Of a stretch of DNA of 64,000 nt, positions 43,867 through 54,449 are shown one piece after another. The notes below the pieces were generated by a model, which saw nothing but the letters and a program-made list of their open reading frames with translations, was not told the origin of the DNA and searched no databases. Made by a program: the position numbers and the translations under genes. Position 1 is the first letter of the stretch. Every line of letters starts with the position of its first letter. The DNA comes from Meyerozyma guilliermondii. Taxonomy: Eukaryota. The stretch lies in NCBI GenBank assembly GCA_051546255.1, contig CP128818.1:1178001-1242000 (forward strand), given 5' to 3'.

Positions 43867-44495
43867 AAAATCGATAAGAGCTCAATTGAATAATAAAACA
43901 AGAGTGGAAAGAATATTTATACATATAAGGATTATGGTTAGAGTTGAATAAATCTACAAGGGTATGCACTATAACCGTTGTCTTTCTGAGAAAGTTTTGA
44001 GTTGCTTAAATTCTTATCAGAGATATCTCATGCACGATATATGTCTAGTCACACATCTCGCTGAATCTATCGAGTGTAGTACGTGATACCGGATATTCAA
44101 TGATGTAATCCTTCCTACCACGCTTAAAGGTAATGCTTGATGCTAGTTCTTGCAACATATCAAGTACTATGGTAGTGTGTTGTCGCTATATATGTGTATT
44201 TCAGCTGTCAAGCAAACGGCAGCACTTTTGCAAAGAGGCATGATATGACCGCTTACACCACATTCTTGCCTTTGAATCTGAGTAAGCATGCGATTCGGCA
44301 AGAGAGAAAGTGGTATAGATTAATAAATGGAAAATGTGATTAATTCGCATAAAATTTCACGATGATAAAAATAATCAATATGAGTAAGATTGTGTATAAA
44401 ACTGATAGCGTATCTGTTTCAAATTTAATCAGATTTCCAATTGACAAAACTATTACTTTGTTGGTCATATTTGATTTAGTGACTTCGTTGATAAC

Positions 44496-44787
44496 TGTTG
44501 AACTGCGCAGAGCTTCTATTAGATAATCGTCATCATACTGCACAAGGGCAATATCGCCGGGTAATGGTTCCACACTTTATCAAGAGAAGAAAATTCTCAA
44601 TATGGAACTTGAAGCGAACAATTTAGATTACTAGTTAGGATAGTAGACTATTATAGGATCTAAAGGATAAAACGATTGAATCTAGGAAGATTTCGATTGA
44701 TATGCTTAGGGATGGGACACTGTATCACCAATAGAGTATTAGTGTAGATTCCACGATATCGTCACGTAATCAGTTAATAATCCAACA
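44496..44787. mobile_element. Solo LTR of an LTR retrotransposon (292 bp)
   Basis: TGTTG at 44496-44500 and CAACA at 44783-44787, flanked by a perfect 5-bp target-site duplication ATAAC (44491-44495 and 44788-44792). Confidence 0.85.
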
Positions 44788-45086
44788 ATAACCTTGATCT
44801 AGTTATTAACTGCTGTAGAATGCAGGAATCTACGTGCAAACCCATCAAAAAGACCCATTCGACTCCTTCGAAGTTTGCCCTCTAACTATTCTGACCATAA
44901 ATGCACACCTGATCTTAAAGTAAAAACTATGGTTGATGAAGAAATTTCCTCGCTTCCATATTTTCTATTTCATTTTATGATGTAGTGATAAATTGAATAT
45001 TGCTGCAATTCCTCAGACAGTGTAACGAAAACTCGGCCAGCCGAAGTAAGGAACTAATTACTATTTGCAGCAATGAGATTAGCTGC

Positions 45087-45226
45087 GATAAGAAATCGGC
45101 CGTTCGTAAGGCTATTATCTCCAACCATCGCTTATCGCTTCTCTTCTGGAGTTCAGGGACTGCTTTCGCTTATCGCTTCCCTCTGGACGTCATGTATAGG
45201 ATATGCATCATGCGCCTATCGCTTCC
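45087..45226. promoter_or_regulatory. Cluster of GATA sites and CGCYTATCGCTT repeats upstream of the CocE-like gene
   Basis: GATAAG at 45087; TCGCTTATCGCTT at ~45128 and ~45166; CGCCTATCGCTT at ~45213. Confidence 0.6.
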
Positions 45227-45344
45227 GTTTTGGTTTGACGTAGATTAGAGTTATGCGCGTTCATGCAGCATGGATGCGGGGCTCATAGTATGGTCCCGTT
45301 AAAGAGACCACGGTTTTTTGGTTCCAAAAGTAGAAAAAAAACAA

Positions 45345-47450
45345 ATGGTGTTCAACGTCAAAGATTCGGAGTACTGTACGACGGTGGAAGCTAGTGAATT
45401 GCCCTTTGAAGTTGTGAAATTGGAAAATGTCCCGATTCCTATGAAGGATGGAGCGGTTCTTTACGCTCACATTTGGATTCCAAGAGAGGCTAATGATGGG
45501 CATAAAAAAGTGGGAACTTTGGTAGAGTACTTGCCTTACAGAAAGAACGACTTTACAGCTATCAGAGACAGTATTAGACACCCATATTATGCGGGACATG
45601 GACTTGCGCTGATTAGAGTGGATATGAGAGGATGTGGAGATTCAGATGGTGTTCTACTTGGGGAGTACCTTGAGCAAGAGCAAGATGACAATATGGAAGT
45701 TTTCAACTGGATTGTTTCGCAGAAGTGGTCCAATGGTAATATTGGCCAGTTTGGAAAATCTTGGGGTGGTTTTAATGGACTTCAGGCTGCTTTTCGTCAG
45801 CACCCAGCTCTTAAAACCATCATAACTTTATGCTCAACAGATGATAGATATGCGGATGATGTCCATTACAGAGGAGGGTGTCTCTTGGCTTCAGATATGT
45901 TGTGGTGGGCTTCTACTATGTTTGCCTATAATGCTAGGCCACAGGATCCTCGAATTCGTAAAGACTGGAGAGATAATTGGTTTCAGAGACTTGAGACCGA
46001 ACCTAATGCTATCGAATGGCTCAAGCACCAAAGAAGAGATGATTTTTGGAAACATGGAAGTGTTTGTGAAGACTATAGTAAGGTTGATATTCCAGTTTTG
46101 GCGGTTGGAGGTTGGAGAGATGGCTATACTAATGCCATTTTTCGCATGATGGAGAACTTGCCAAACCCAGAGAGTAAAGGCATTGTTGGTCCTTGGGTCC
46201 ACGAGTACCCAGAGGTGGCTACACCTTACCCGGGGATGGGCTATAATCAGGTTGCGGTGTCGTGGTTTGACAAGTATTTGACCACAGACGAAGAAATCAA
46301 GGCAAAAGTTGCAGCCAGTTTAAGTCTTCCTAAAGACTTTGATTTAGAAAAATTGGCCAAGTTGAGTGCTTACATTCAAGATCCTACGTCGGTTTCGGAG
46401 AGTTATGAGTACAGAGACGGTAAATGGGTGTCGCAAAGTGTATCTCCAGAAAACTTCTTCGAACTCAAAATGGATGCAAATCTGGTTTGTTTGACAGAAG
46501 ATAAGGTTGAGAATACAAGCCATTTAGAGTTCTCCGGGGCTATGGAACACGGTCTATTTCGAGGAACATGGTGCCCATTTGGCCAAGACGGTGATTTTCC
46601 CACCGACCAAAAAATTGAAGACAGTAAATGTCTCACCATTGATTCTGGTGCTTTGCAACAAGATTTCCAATTTTTGGGATTTCCAATTTTCAAAGCCAAA
46701 GTCTCCAGTGACAGTGAATTGGCCAACCTTACAGTGCGTTTAGTTGATTTGAACCCCCATACAAAAGAAAATTATTTGGTTTCATGGGGAATAGCCAACT
46801 TGTCTCATCTTGTTGGAGACGAAACCAATCCCCAGCATCTTGAGGTTGGAAAGAAATACGAATTTACTATCAAGTTGGATGCAATTGGCTACAAATTTGC
46901 CAAGGGACACAGAATTAGACTCTCGTTGAGTACCGCAGACTGGCCTTCTTCATGGCCATCTTCCAAAACTCCAACGTTGAAGATCTTTTCTGGCTCTTCT
47001 TTATCGTTGCCGATGGTGAATACCGACGGTTTTGAGGTCAGATCCTGGCCACTTCCTGAATCCTTAGCTCCATGCGAGAGAAAAATTTTAAGAAAAGAGG
47101 CCAGAACAAGAGAAGTGGTTCACGATTACATCAATGGAACTTGGACTATCAATGACTTTTCCGATGAAGGAAAGAGAACCATAGTTCACAACGGAGCTGA
47201 GTTGGGGTCCTGGAACAAAAATGTATGGTCAATTAAAGAGAAGAATCCATTATCCGCTTACAACAAATGCGATTGGGAACTTACCGTGGGCAGAGCTGAA
47301 GACGATTGGCAGGTGAAATTGTTAACTACGTCCACAATGAAATCGGATGAAAAAAACTTTTACTTGGAGAATGGCCTACAAGCGTTTGAAAACAACGTCA
47401 AGGTGTTTGAAAAGACCTGGGAAAACACCATAGCTAGGGATTTCATATAA
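45345..47450 (+). CDS. CocE/NonD family (peptidase S15) alpha/beta hydrolase, bacterial-type
   Basis: IPMKDG, EYLPYRK.D, RVDMRG.G.SDG, GKSWGG nucleophile elbow, GGWRDGY, GPWVH and a PepX_C-like C-terminal domain; ATG at 45345. Confidence 0.9.
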   Translation: MVFNVKDSEYCTTVEASELPFEVVKLENVPIPMKDGAVLYAHIWIPREANDGHKKVGTLVEYLPYRKNDFTAIRDSIRHPYYAGHGLALIRVDMRGCGDSDGVLLGEYLEQEQDDNMEVFNWIVSQKWSNGNIGQFGKSWGGFNGLQAAFRQHPALKTIITLCSTDDRYADDVHYRGGCLLASDMLWWASTMFAYNARPQDPRIRKDWRDNWFQRLETEPNAIEWLKHQRRDDFWKHGSVCEDYSKVDIPVLAVGGWRDGYTNAIFRMMENLPNPESKGIVGPWVHEYPEVATPYPGMGYNQVAVSWFDKYLTTDEEIKAKVAASLSLPKDFDLEKLAKLSAYIQDPTSVSESYEYRDGKWVSQSVSPENFFELKMDANLVCLTEDKVENTSHLEFSGAMEHGLFRGTWCPFGQDGDFPTDQKIEDSKCLTIDSGALQQDFQFLGFPIFKAKVSSDSELANLTVRLVDLNPHTKENYLVSWGIANLSHLVGDETNPQHLEVGKKYEFTIKLDAIGYKFAKGHRIRLSLSTADWPSSWPSSKTPTLKIFSGSSLSLPMVNTDGFEVRSWPLPESLAPCERKILRKEARTREVVHDYINGTWTINDFSDEGKRTIVHNGAELGSWNKNVWSIKEKNPLSAYNKCDWELTVGRAEDDWQVKLLTTSTMKSDEKNFYLENGLQAFENNVKVFEKTWENTIARDFI

Positions 47451-47782
47451 TGTATGTGGGGCTACTGTAAACGCCGTAATTTGATTTTGGGCAACTGGGT
47501 GCGCGGACGAGCGTCAGCGTGCGTCTCTGAGCCCCACGATCGCGCCGCATCAACGGCCATCTGCATCGGTGAATGCAAACCTTCCTCTCGCGGGACTTTC
47601 CAATTCGGGATCGTATTTTTACTTGAGAAAGCCAGGATAAGAGTACGTCATAGAGGAGATTACAATGCATCAGTTTGCCTATTTGGGTGATAGCTATGAA
47701 CTATATATGAACAGGAACATGGCTCAACGGAGGAATTCAATAATCTTCACAAAGCTCAATATTAGCCGTCTTTAATTATATC

Positions 47783-49348
47783 ATGAGCCCCAAACAGCAG
47801 TACCAGGAGCTGGTTCGTGAGTCTGGCTCAAGTATCTCGGAGGAAGCCCGAGATGTGGATTTGGAGCCAGAAGTTACACAAGCAGATATTACTCAGGGCA
47901 AAGATGTTGCAATGTCCAAAAAGATGTTTCTTGTTAACAATGCTCTTGACCAGATTGGATTCACCTGGTTTCACGTTAAGCTTTTCTGTATCGCGGGCTT
48001 TGGATATTCGGCTGACTCGCAGTTGGAATACATTCAAAGTTCGGTGAAGGCATCGGTCGATAGGCAATTTGGCCATGACTTCCCAGCGGCTACAGAAGTG
48101 TTCTACTTTGGTCTTATCTTTGGCTCGATTTTCTGGGGTTTCGGCGGTGACATAATAGGCCGTAAGTTTGCGTTTAATGCGTCTTTGTTACTTGCTGCTC
48201 TCTTTGGTATCCTCACCGGTGCGATGGACTCTTACATCACATACTGTATATTCATGTTCATGAGTGCATTTTGTGCTGGTGGAAACATTGCGTTGGATGT
48301 GGCTGTTTTCTTGGAGTATTGCCCTTCACCATACTCGTGGCTAACAACTTTTATGGCCACCTGGTGGGGAGTAGGTCAAACCATTGCCGTTTTAATTGCC
48401 TGGGCTTTTATTCCTAACCACTCGTGTGCATCTGCCGACGACTGTCCATCGCATGAAAACAGAGGCTGGAGGTACTGCTGGTATACCAACTCTGGAATTG
48501 TGTTGTTTGCAGCTTTATTGAGACTTTTTGTGTTCAAGTTGGATGAGACTCCGAAATACTTGATCGTCAATGGCAGAGACGCCGAAGCAGTAGAGGCCTT
48601 GAAAAAAATTTCCCAAAAGTACAACAGGGAGTGCTCCTTGACTGTGGAGCAATTGCAAGAATGCGGAGAGGTGGAAGGAGCAGATCTCTTTAATGAAAAA
48701 GTCTACACTATCAAGAACACTTTTGAAGGAATCAAAAAAAATTGTCGTTTGTTGTTCGCAGACAAGAGGGTCAGCTACTCCACAACCTTGATTTTCATTT
48801 CCTGGTTCTTGATTGGAATCTCCTACAACACCTTCTTCAACTTCTTATACATTTACATTGGTCTTCATGGAGGTGATACCGGCAATTCCACTTACATCGT
48901 CTACCGTAACACCACCATAAGTACGTTTGTTGGCTCTTTTGGACCTTGTATTGCGGCCGTGTTGGCCAGAACACCGAGAATTGGAAGAAGAGGAGCCATG
49001 TGCTTCGGAGGGCTTTCCGGTATGGCAATTTTGTTTGGCTATACCACCGTAAGAACTCAACAGGGAGATGTTGGATTTGCTTCTGCAACCTATTTCTTTA
49101 TCAACATCTACTACGCGGTTTTGTATGCCTACACCCCGGAGGTGTTTCCAGCCGCAGCCAGAACCACTGGTGGAGCCATTGCGTTGGTGAGCTCTAGAGC
49201 AGCTGGAGCTTTGGCACCAGTTATTTACTATTATGGCCAGAAGTCGGGATCCTCTGTGCCTATTTGGATTAGTGGAGCCGTCATAGGTATCATTGGGTTT
49301 ATAGCATTGCTCTTTCCATTCGAGCCATCGCAGAAAAGATCGGTATAG
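47783..49348 (+). CDS. MFS transporter (sugar-porter/SV2-like)
   Basis: GDIIGRK motif A, FLEYCP, GWRY, YAYTPEVFP...RTTG; about 12 TM segments. Confidence 0.88.
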   Translation: MSPKQQYQELVRESGSSISEEARDVDLEPEVTQADITQGKDVAMSKKMFLVNNALDQIGFTWFHVKLFCIAGFGYSADSQLEYIQSSVKASVDRQFGHDFPAATEVFYFGLIFGSIFWGFGGDIIGRKFAFNASLLLAALFGILTGAMDSYITYCIFMFMSAFCAGGNIALDVAVFLEYCPSPYSWLTTFMATWWGVGQTIAVLIAWAFIPNHSCASADDCPSHENRGWRYCWYTNSGIVLFAALLRLFVFKLDETPKYLIVNGRDAEAVEALKKISQKYNRECSLTVEQLQECGEVEGADLFNEKVYTIKNTFEGIKKNCRLLFADKRVSYSTTLIFISWFLIGISYNTFFNFLYIYIGLHGGDTGNSTYIVYRNTTISTFVGSFGPCIAAVLARTPRIGRRGAMCFGGLSGMAILFGYTTVRTQQGDVGFASATYFFINIYYAVLYAYTPEVFPAAARTTGGAIALVSSRAAGALAPVIYYYGQKSGSSVPIWISGAVIGIIGFIALLFPFEPSQKRSV

Positions 49349-50116
49349 AAGGGTTGGTAAATGTGATCCAGAGAATATGAAACAGTTTGAAACAATTTTA
49401 TAAATAATGTAAAGTTTATGCTACCATAGATGTTAGCGTTCATTTGCACTAATACTCTGGTTTATCGTCTTCTATCTTCACAATTTTAATTGAGAAATGG
49501 CTGCGAAATTTCAGATTTCGCAAAAGATAAGCTTTTCACATTGGAACGAACTTCAGTAGTGAAACGTTTCAGCGGATGCTTATCTCTCAAGGAGGAGATA
49601 GCAGTTGTAGCAGTTTCAAATTACTTGTTATTTTTGACATCTTAAAGTCATAGAACGCTTTCATCTTATATGAGAAAGGACTATTATTAATAGTTGGTTC
49701 TTAGCTTATCAAGTAAAATGATGCTTTGACTTTTCAGCGGCAAAACCTTGGTACTAATCTTTCGTTCCATTCGCCTACATGTCCAAATTGCGTTTCAAAG
49801 CGTCTTAGATAACCGAAGATCATGAGCAGGTTTCGGAGAAATTTTACTCAAATCGGCTATATCACACGATCACATAACGCTCCTCCAGTTCACTTTCCGT
49901 TGATTTCTCTAAATTTATAAAACTTTTTCCTGGGAATTTAGTTTACAGTCGTACGAGCTTCGTAATTTACGGAACCGGATCGCTAAAGATTACCGCGCGA
50001 ACTCTAAAAATCATTGTAAAATTAACATCACTCATCTAGATCTACACTATAAATCCATGATCTGAAAGCGATACCTACGAAAACAGCATTCTAACCAACA
50101 CTAAATCTGCTACTGT

Positions 50117-52750
50117 ATGATCTTGAACATTGGAAGCGATACAATATTGGTCTCGGAGTGGAAAAACCAATATATAGATTTCGAGTTTGGCAAAAAATTA
50201 CTCGAAGAATTGGCGTATACTATACTGCCATGGTCCGATGTCATAAGGGTTGATGAGTCGACCCCTCTTAGACATGCGGTCAGTTTGTACACCACTGTAA
50301 AGAGAGGTTCTCAGAATGGTTTTATATCCGAAGAGACTGGAAGTTCATCAGAAACACCTTTGGTGATTAGAAATGATAACAGAACCCTTCTACAAAAAGG
50401 AAAACTTGACACCGCTGCCATTGGACCAAAGACTTTTGCTGATTGGTTTAGTGGCGAACTCCTCAAAGCGGAAGCTTTTTATGTTCAGAAAGAACAAGAG
50501 CTCATGGATCGGTTTTTGCTACTACAAGATCAATTTTGCATGCTCCGTGAACAACGAGATTGCTCAAAAGACCAAGCAAAGAACCAGAACCAAACGCATC
50601 GAAAAGTGGCAAATTCCAAGCAATCCCTCAAGACTACTAAATCTACCAAGTCCACCAAAAGTTCTAGTGATCTGGAATCGCTACCAGATTGCGAGACCGA
50701 AGCAAGGACTTCTTTACCGTATACGATGCATATTCGGGCCCATGTTGAGCAGTTACCTCATTGTAGACCACCGCTGAAACTGGATCTCTACAGTTTAGAA
50801 GAGTCCTCGAGCACAGTGGATCGGAGTGTTTTTCATGAAGGTTATAGCGAACCACTCGGAGCAACTTCCTCAGGCTATGAAGAAATGAGTCGTGGCTTTG
50901 AAACTATGGATAAAGATGAATTGGAATCGATGAGACTGAAGCACAATAGTCATGTCAAGTTACATCATGCTGAGGAACAACTAAAGAGTGCCATCTTCGA
51001 GTACTATAGATCGATCATATTGTTGCAGTCGTATGTGAACTTGAACCGAACCATCGTCCAGAAACTAGAAACAGAATTCTTCAGGGTCATAAATAGCTCC
51101 AAGTACAACGAAAACGTTTGGAGCAGAAGCACGAAACTAGGTTTCGAAACTAATGATTTATTGGACAAATTAGTCGCTCAGACCAAGGCATTGTACGGTG
51201 AAAATTATGGACAAACAGCTGCTGACCGCAAGACAACGTTTGAAAATCTAAGAAGACATTATTACTCTTTCAACAACCTTGCTGTACTGAAGCCGTTTTA
51301 TCATTCATTGTTCACTTTTTTTGCTTTGTTTGTAGTTGGGGTTTCTGTGTTTGCTTTTACAGCAAGGCTTGCTTGGAACTCATGGGTATCGGGGCAGAAT
51401 GCCGAGGGAAAGTTTCTTGTGCAAATATGGGGAGGCATTTTTCTTGTTGAGCTCATGATAATTCTTTTTGGCATTAACATATATGTGTTTGATTGGCTTG
51501 GTATCAATTACAGGCTAATTTTCGATATGGATTTCTCCACGGCCCTCAACAACGAGCAGTTCATGAGTCTAGCATGCTTGGGATTTGGCTTAGTGTTCTT
51601 TTTTGGGTGCTTTGGCCTTGGAAGCCTATGGCCCAGCATCTTGCTGGGAACCTTATGTCCATGGTTGTTCCTCGTTACCGTACTGGTTTTGCTATTTTGG
51701 CCAGGAAATCACTTGTATGGTTCCAGTAGGCGATGGATGCGAAAAGCGGCATGGAGGCTACTTCTTTCAGGGTATTATCATGTTGAATTTCGAGATTTCC
51801 TCTTGGGAAACATTCTATGCTCTTTGGCTTACAGTGCCAGCCACATTCCATTTTTCTTCTGTGCATATTCACACCACTGGTCTGGCATGTTGGAAGACAG
51901 CAAAAACACCTGTTCACCAGCCAACTCTAGTGCCATGGGATTTTTCAGCGCTTTACCAGCCATTTGGCGGCTCCTTCAATGTGCTCGTCTTTTCAAAGAC
52001 ACAGGTGACTGGTTTCCTCATTTTGCAAACATGTTCAAGTACTTTGTTTCCGCCGTATACTATCTCTTATTGGGTGCGTACCGCATGGACAGATCTGAGA
52101 GAAATCGAATTGCCCTTATTTCGGGTGCTTTACTCAATTCCCTTTACGCCGGCTCATGGGATACGTTCGTTGACTGGTCGTTGATGCAACCCCAATCCAA
52201 AAACTTTCTTTTGAGAGATACCTTACTTTTTAAGAGACCTTCCATCTACTATTGTGCCATCTTTGCCAATTTCACTATAAGGTTTCAATGGGTTTTTTAT
52301 GTTTTTTTTGGCGCCCAAGTTCAACAATCTGCACTAGTCGCCTACATTATTGCGGTTGTTGAGGTTATACGAAGATTCATCTGGGTTTTTTTCCGTATAG
52401 AAAATGAGCACATTACGAACCTTGCCCTCTCGAAAGCATACCGTGAGGTACCATTGCCTTATTTGCCAAGCTCACAAATAGACAACAGAATCTTGAAACA
52501 TGTGGACCCATCTTTTATGAACGCTTTATCCACGGGAAAGACTAATGAAGGCTCAAATTTGACCATGAGTTCACTGCCTATTGGTATTGGCGAGATATCG
52601 GAGATCTCACATCCACGCCAAGCAGGAAATCATTCGACTAGCTTGAAATCACGGCGTGGTTCTGTAATTGAAAACATGAGAGAAGCGATCAATAGAGCAC
52701 ATGTTAAAGATTTTCAAAGGCAACAGACATTTGAAGCAGAAGAGGACTAG
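50117..52750 (+). CDS. SPX-EXS protein (Syg1/XPR1 phosphate-exporter family) with a degenerate SPX domain
   Basis: EXS motifs VEFRDF.LG, WRLLQCAR, PHFANMFKY, WD..VDW, LLRD.L and EV.RRFIW.FFRIENEH; N-terminal EWKNQYID remnant. Confidence 0.85.
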   Translation: MILNIGSDTILVSEWKNQYIDFEFGKKLLEELAYTILPWSDVIRVDESTPLRHAVSLYTTVKRGSQNGFISEETGSSSETPLVIRNDNRTLLQKGKLDTAAIGPKTFADWFSGELLKAEAFYVQKEQELMDRFLLLQDQFCMLREQRDCSKDQAKNQNQTHRKVANSKQSLKTTKSTKSTKSSSDLESLPDCETEARTSLPYTMHIRAHVEQLPHCRPPLKLDLYSLEESSSTVDRSVFHEGYSEPLGATSSGYEEMSRGFETMDKDELESMRLKHNSHVKLHHAEEQLKSAIFEYYRSIILLQSYVNLNRTIVQKLETEFFRVINSSKYNENVWSRSTKLGFETNDLLDKLVAQTKALYGENYGQTAADRKTTFENLRRHYYSFNNLAVLKPFYHSLFTFFALFVVGVSVFAFTARLAWNSWVSGQNAEGKFLVQIWGGIFLVELMIILFGINIYVFDWLGINYRLIFDMDFSTALNNEQFMSLACLGFGLVFFFGCFGLGSLWPSILLGTLCPWLFLVTVLVLLFWPGNHLYGSSRRWMRKAAWRLLLSGYYHVEFRDFLLGNILCSLAYSASHIPFFFCAYSHHWSGMLEDSKNTCSPANSSAMGFFSALPAIWRLLQCARLFKDTGDWFPHFANMFKYFVSAVYYLLLGAYRMDRSERNRIALISGALLNSLYAGSWDTFVDWSLMQPQSKNFLLRDTLLFKRPSIYYCAIFANFTIRFQWVFYVFFGAQVQQSALVAYIIAVVEVIRRFIWVFFRIENEHITNLALSKAYREVPLPYLPSSQIDNRILKHVDPSFMNALSTGKTNEGSNLTMSSLPIGIGEISEISHPRQAGNHSTSLKSRRGSVIENMREAINRAHVKDFQRQQTFEAEED

Positions 52751-52922
52751 GTGTGAATTGGTCAAGTAGAATGTGGAGCTTGTGCAGTGACTTTTGGATC
52801 TGGTGGACTTTCTACTTCAGCTGCTAAGATATATAAATATGAATTAACGATACCATTAAAGTGCGGAGGTCGATTGTCTTGTCTCTTTCCAGAGAGAAAT
52901 TCTTTTTGTATTGAACACTAGA

Positions 52923-54212
52923 TCACTCAGTATCAACTACAAGCTTCGTTACGGGTGGAAGGTGTCCCAAGTCACCAACACTGAGTGAGAACTGTGATGA
53001 AAGCTTTTGTAAATGACGATAGTTTTTTCCCGGTGCAACTTTACCTACCACAACTGGGGTAGATGATTCGACCCTATCTGGGACTATTAAAGGTCTTCCC
53101 AAAATGGCTTCGAGTCCTTGGAATGCAAATGTTACAGCCTCTTTGGAACTTCCACTAATTCCTGTTTCGTCAAGAAGAATGAGTTTCATATCAGGGAAGG
53201 AACTTTGAATAAACTCAGTTATGTTCGGATTGAAAGCTCCACCTCCGCAGAGAAACAATTCGTCTATTGGACCGGGAGCATATCGACGGTAGTCGTTGAC
53301 TATGGACTGAGCCGTGATTCTCGTAAGAGTTGCAATCACCGAATATTTCAGGAGTCCTTTTTGCAACCCTTTTTCAATCAAAGAAAGTGCTTCTTGGTCT
53401 CCAAAATATTCTCTTCCAGTGGTCTTTGGTGGTTGACGTTGAAAGTATTCCTGAGCCAAATACTCATCGACCATTTCCTGGTCCACTTCTCCTTGTTTTC
53501 CCCATTCTCCATCTTTATCGTATTCTTGTTCACCGTTTGTGAAATGACGCATGGCGGCATCGATAAAGACGTTTCCTGGTCCAGTATCGTAGTCGAAACA
53601 TTTCTTCAAACCGCCTTTGTTCTCTGGATAGATTATACAGACATTGGCTATGCCTCCAATGTTCTGGCATGCTCTAAGCTTTGTAGGATGAACAAGCAAC
53701 AAGCTATCAAAGAAAGCTATCATAGGAGCACCTTGACGGCCCACACTTTGCTCAGAAATTCTAAAGTCTGAAACTACCGTGGTTTCCATTTCTTGAGCTA
53801 TGTAGCATGCTTCACCCAACGTCATCACAGAACGACACTGGTTGTTCTTGGGATTGGGGACTGGCACGTACCACATGGTTTGACCATGAGAGCCGATTAT
53901 ATCGATGGAGCTCTTGTCAATGCTATGCTTGGTACAAAAGTCCGACGCAGCTTTGGCAAACGCCATTCCTAGGAGAGCCGAGATTTGAGACACCTCTTCC
54001 AAAGACGTAGAGTTTTCCTTGATCATTCTCAACACACGTTCCTTCAACTCTGCTGGCATTTCCATCTCATCGTATTTTACGACACTTAAATGCAACGGAG
54101 CGGTGACAGAAGCCTGTCTAAATCGACACAATACCACATCAATTCCGTCAATGGAGGTTCCGGAGTTCAACCCCATGACATTGACGTCAAGCTCCTCGAC
54201 GAAAGCAATCAT
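52923..54212 (-). CDS. AnmK/levoglucosan-kinase family 1,6-anhydrosugar kinase
   Basis: GLNSGTSIDGID, SHGQT, DFR..GRQGAP, QNIGGIAN, DTGPGN, PPKTTGRE, CGGGAFN and KEA motifs; probable ATG at 54212 with a TATA-like element at ~54240-54250. Confidence 0.9.
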   Translation of the reverse strand: MIAFVEELDVNVMGLNSGTSIDGIDVVLCRFRQASVTAPLHLSVVKYDEMEMPAELKERVLRMIKENSTSLEEVSQISALLGMAFAKAASDFCTKHSIDKSSIDIIGSHGQTMWYVPVPNPKNNQCRSVMTLGEACYIAQEMETTVVSDFRISEQSVGRQGAPMIAFFDSLLLVHPTKLRACQNIGGIANVCIIYPENKGGLKKCFDYDTGPGNVFIDAAMRHFTNGEQEYDKDGEWGKQGEVDQEMVDEYLAQEYFQRQPPKTTGREYFGDQEALSLIEKGLQKGLLKYSVIATLTRITAQSIVNDYRRYAPGPIDELFLCGGGAFNPNITEFIQSSFPDMKLILLDETGISGSSKEAVTFAFQGLEAILGRPLIVPDRVESSTPVVVGKVAPGKNYRHLQKLSSQFSLSVGDLGHLPPVTKLVVDTE

Positions 54213-54449
54213 TGCTGGTGGGAAGAGGCAGTACGGTGATTTATATATTTTCTTGCAATCATCGGACATCATCTCCGTCGCAAATCGTGCATTGCATGGT
54301 GGGGTAAACGCGGGCAAGATCTCCGCGGCGCCGTTCTCCGCGCTCATCGACATGGTTATCAGCGAACAGATACTTAACACCCTATGCCATCCTGGACTAT
54401 ATAATAAGCACCCGTCTAGTTCTTTCATTAATATCGAGTCGTGGGTACA

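Noticed and set aside
44340..44573. 77-aa ORF with a hydrophobic tail
   Set aside because: It starts at a GTG inside the solo LTR and runs into AT-rich flank, so it is probably a chance chimera
54213..54428. 72-aa N-terminal extension of the kinase in the ORF track
   Set aside because: Family similarity begins near MIAFVEE, and the extension overlaps TATA and CGG elements of the divergent promoter
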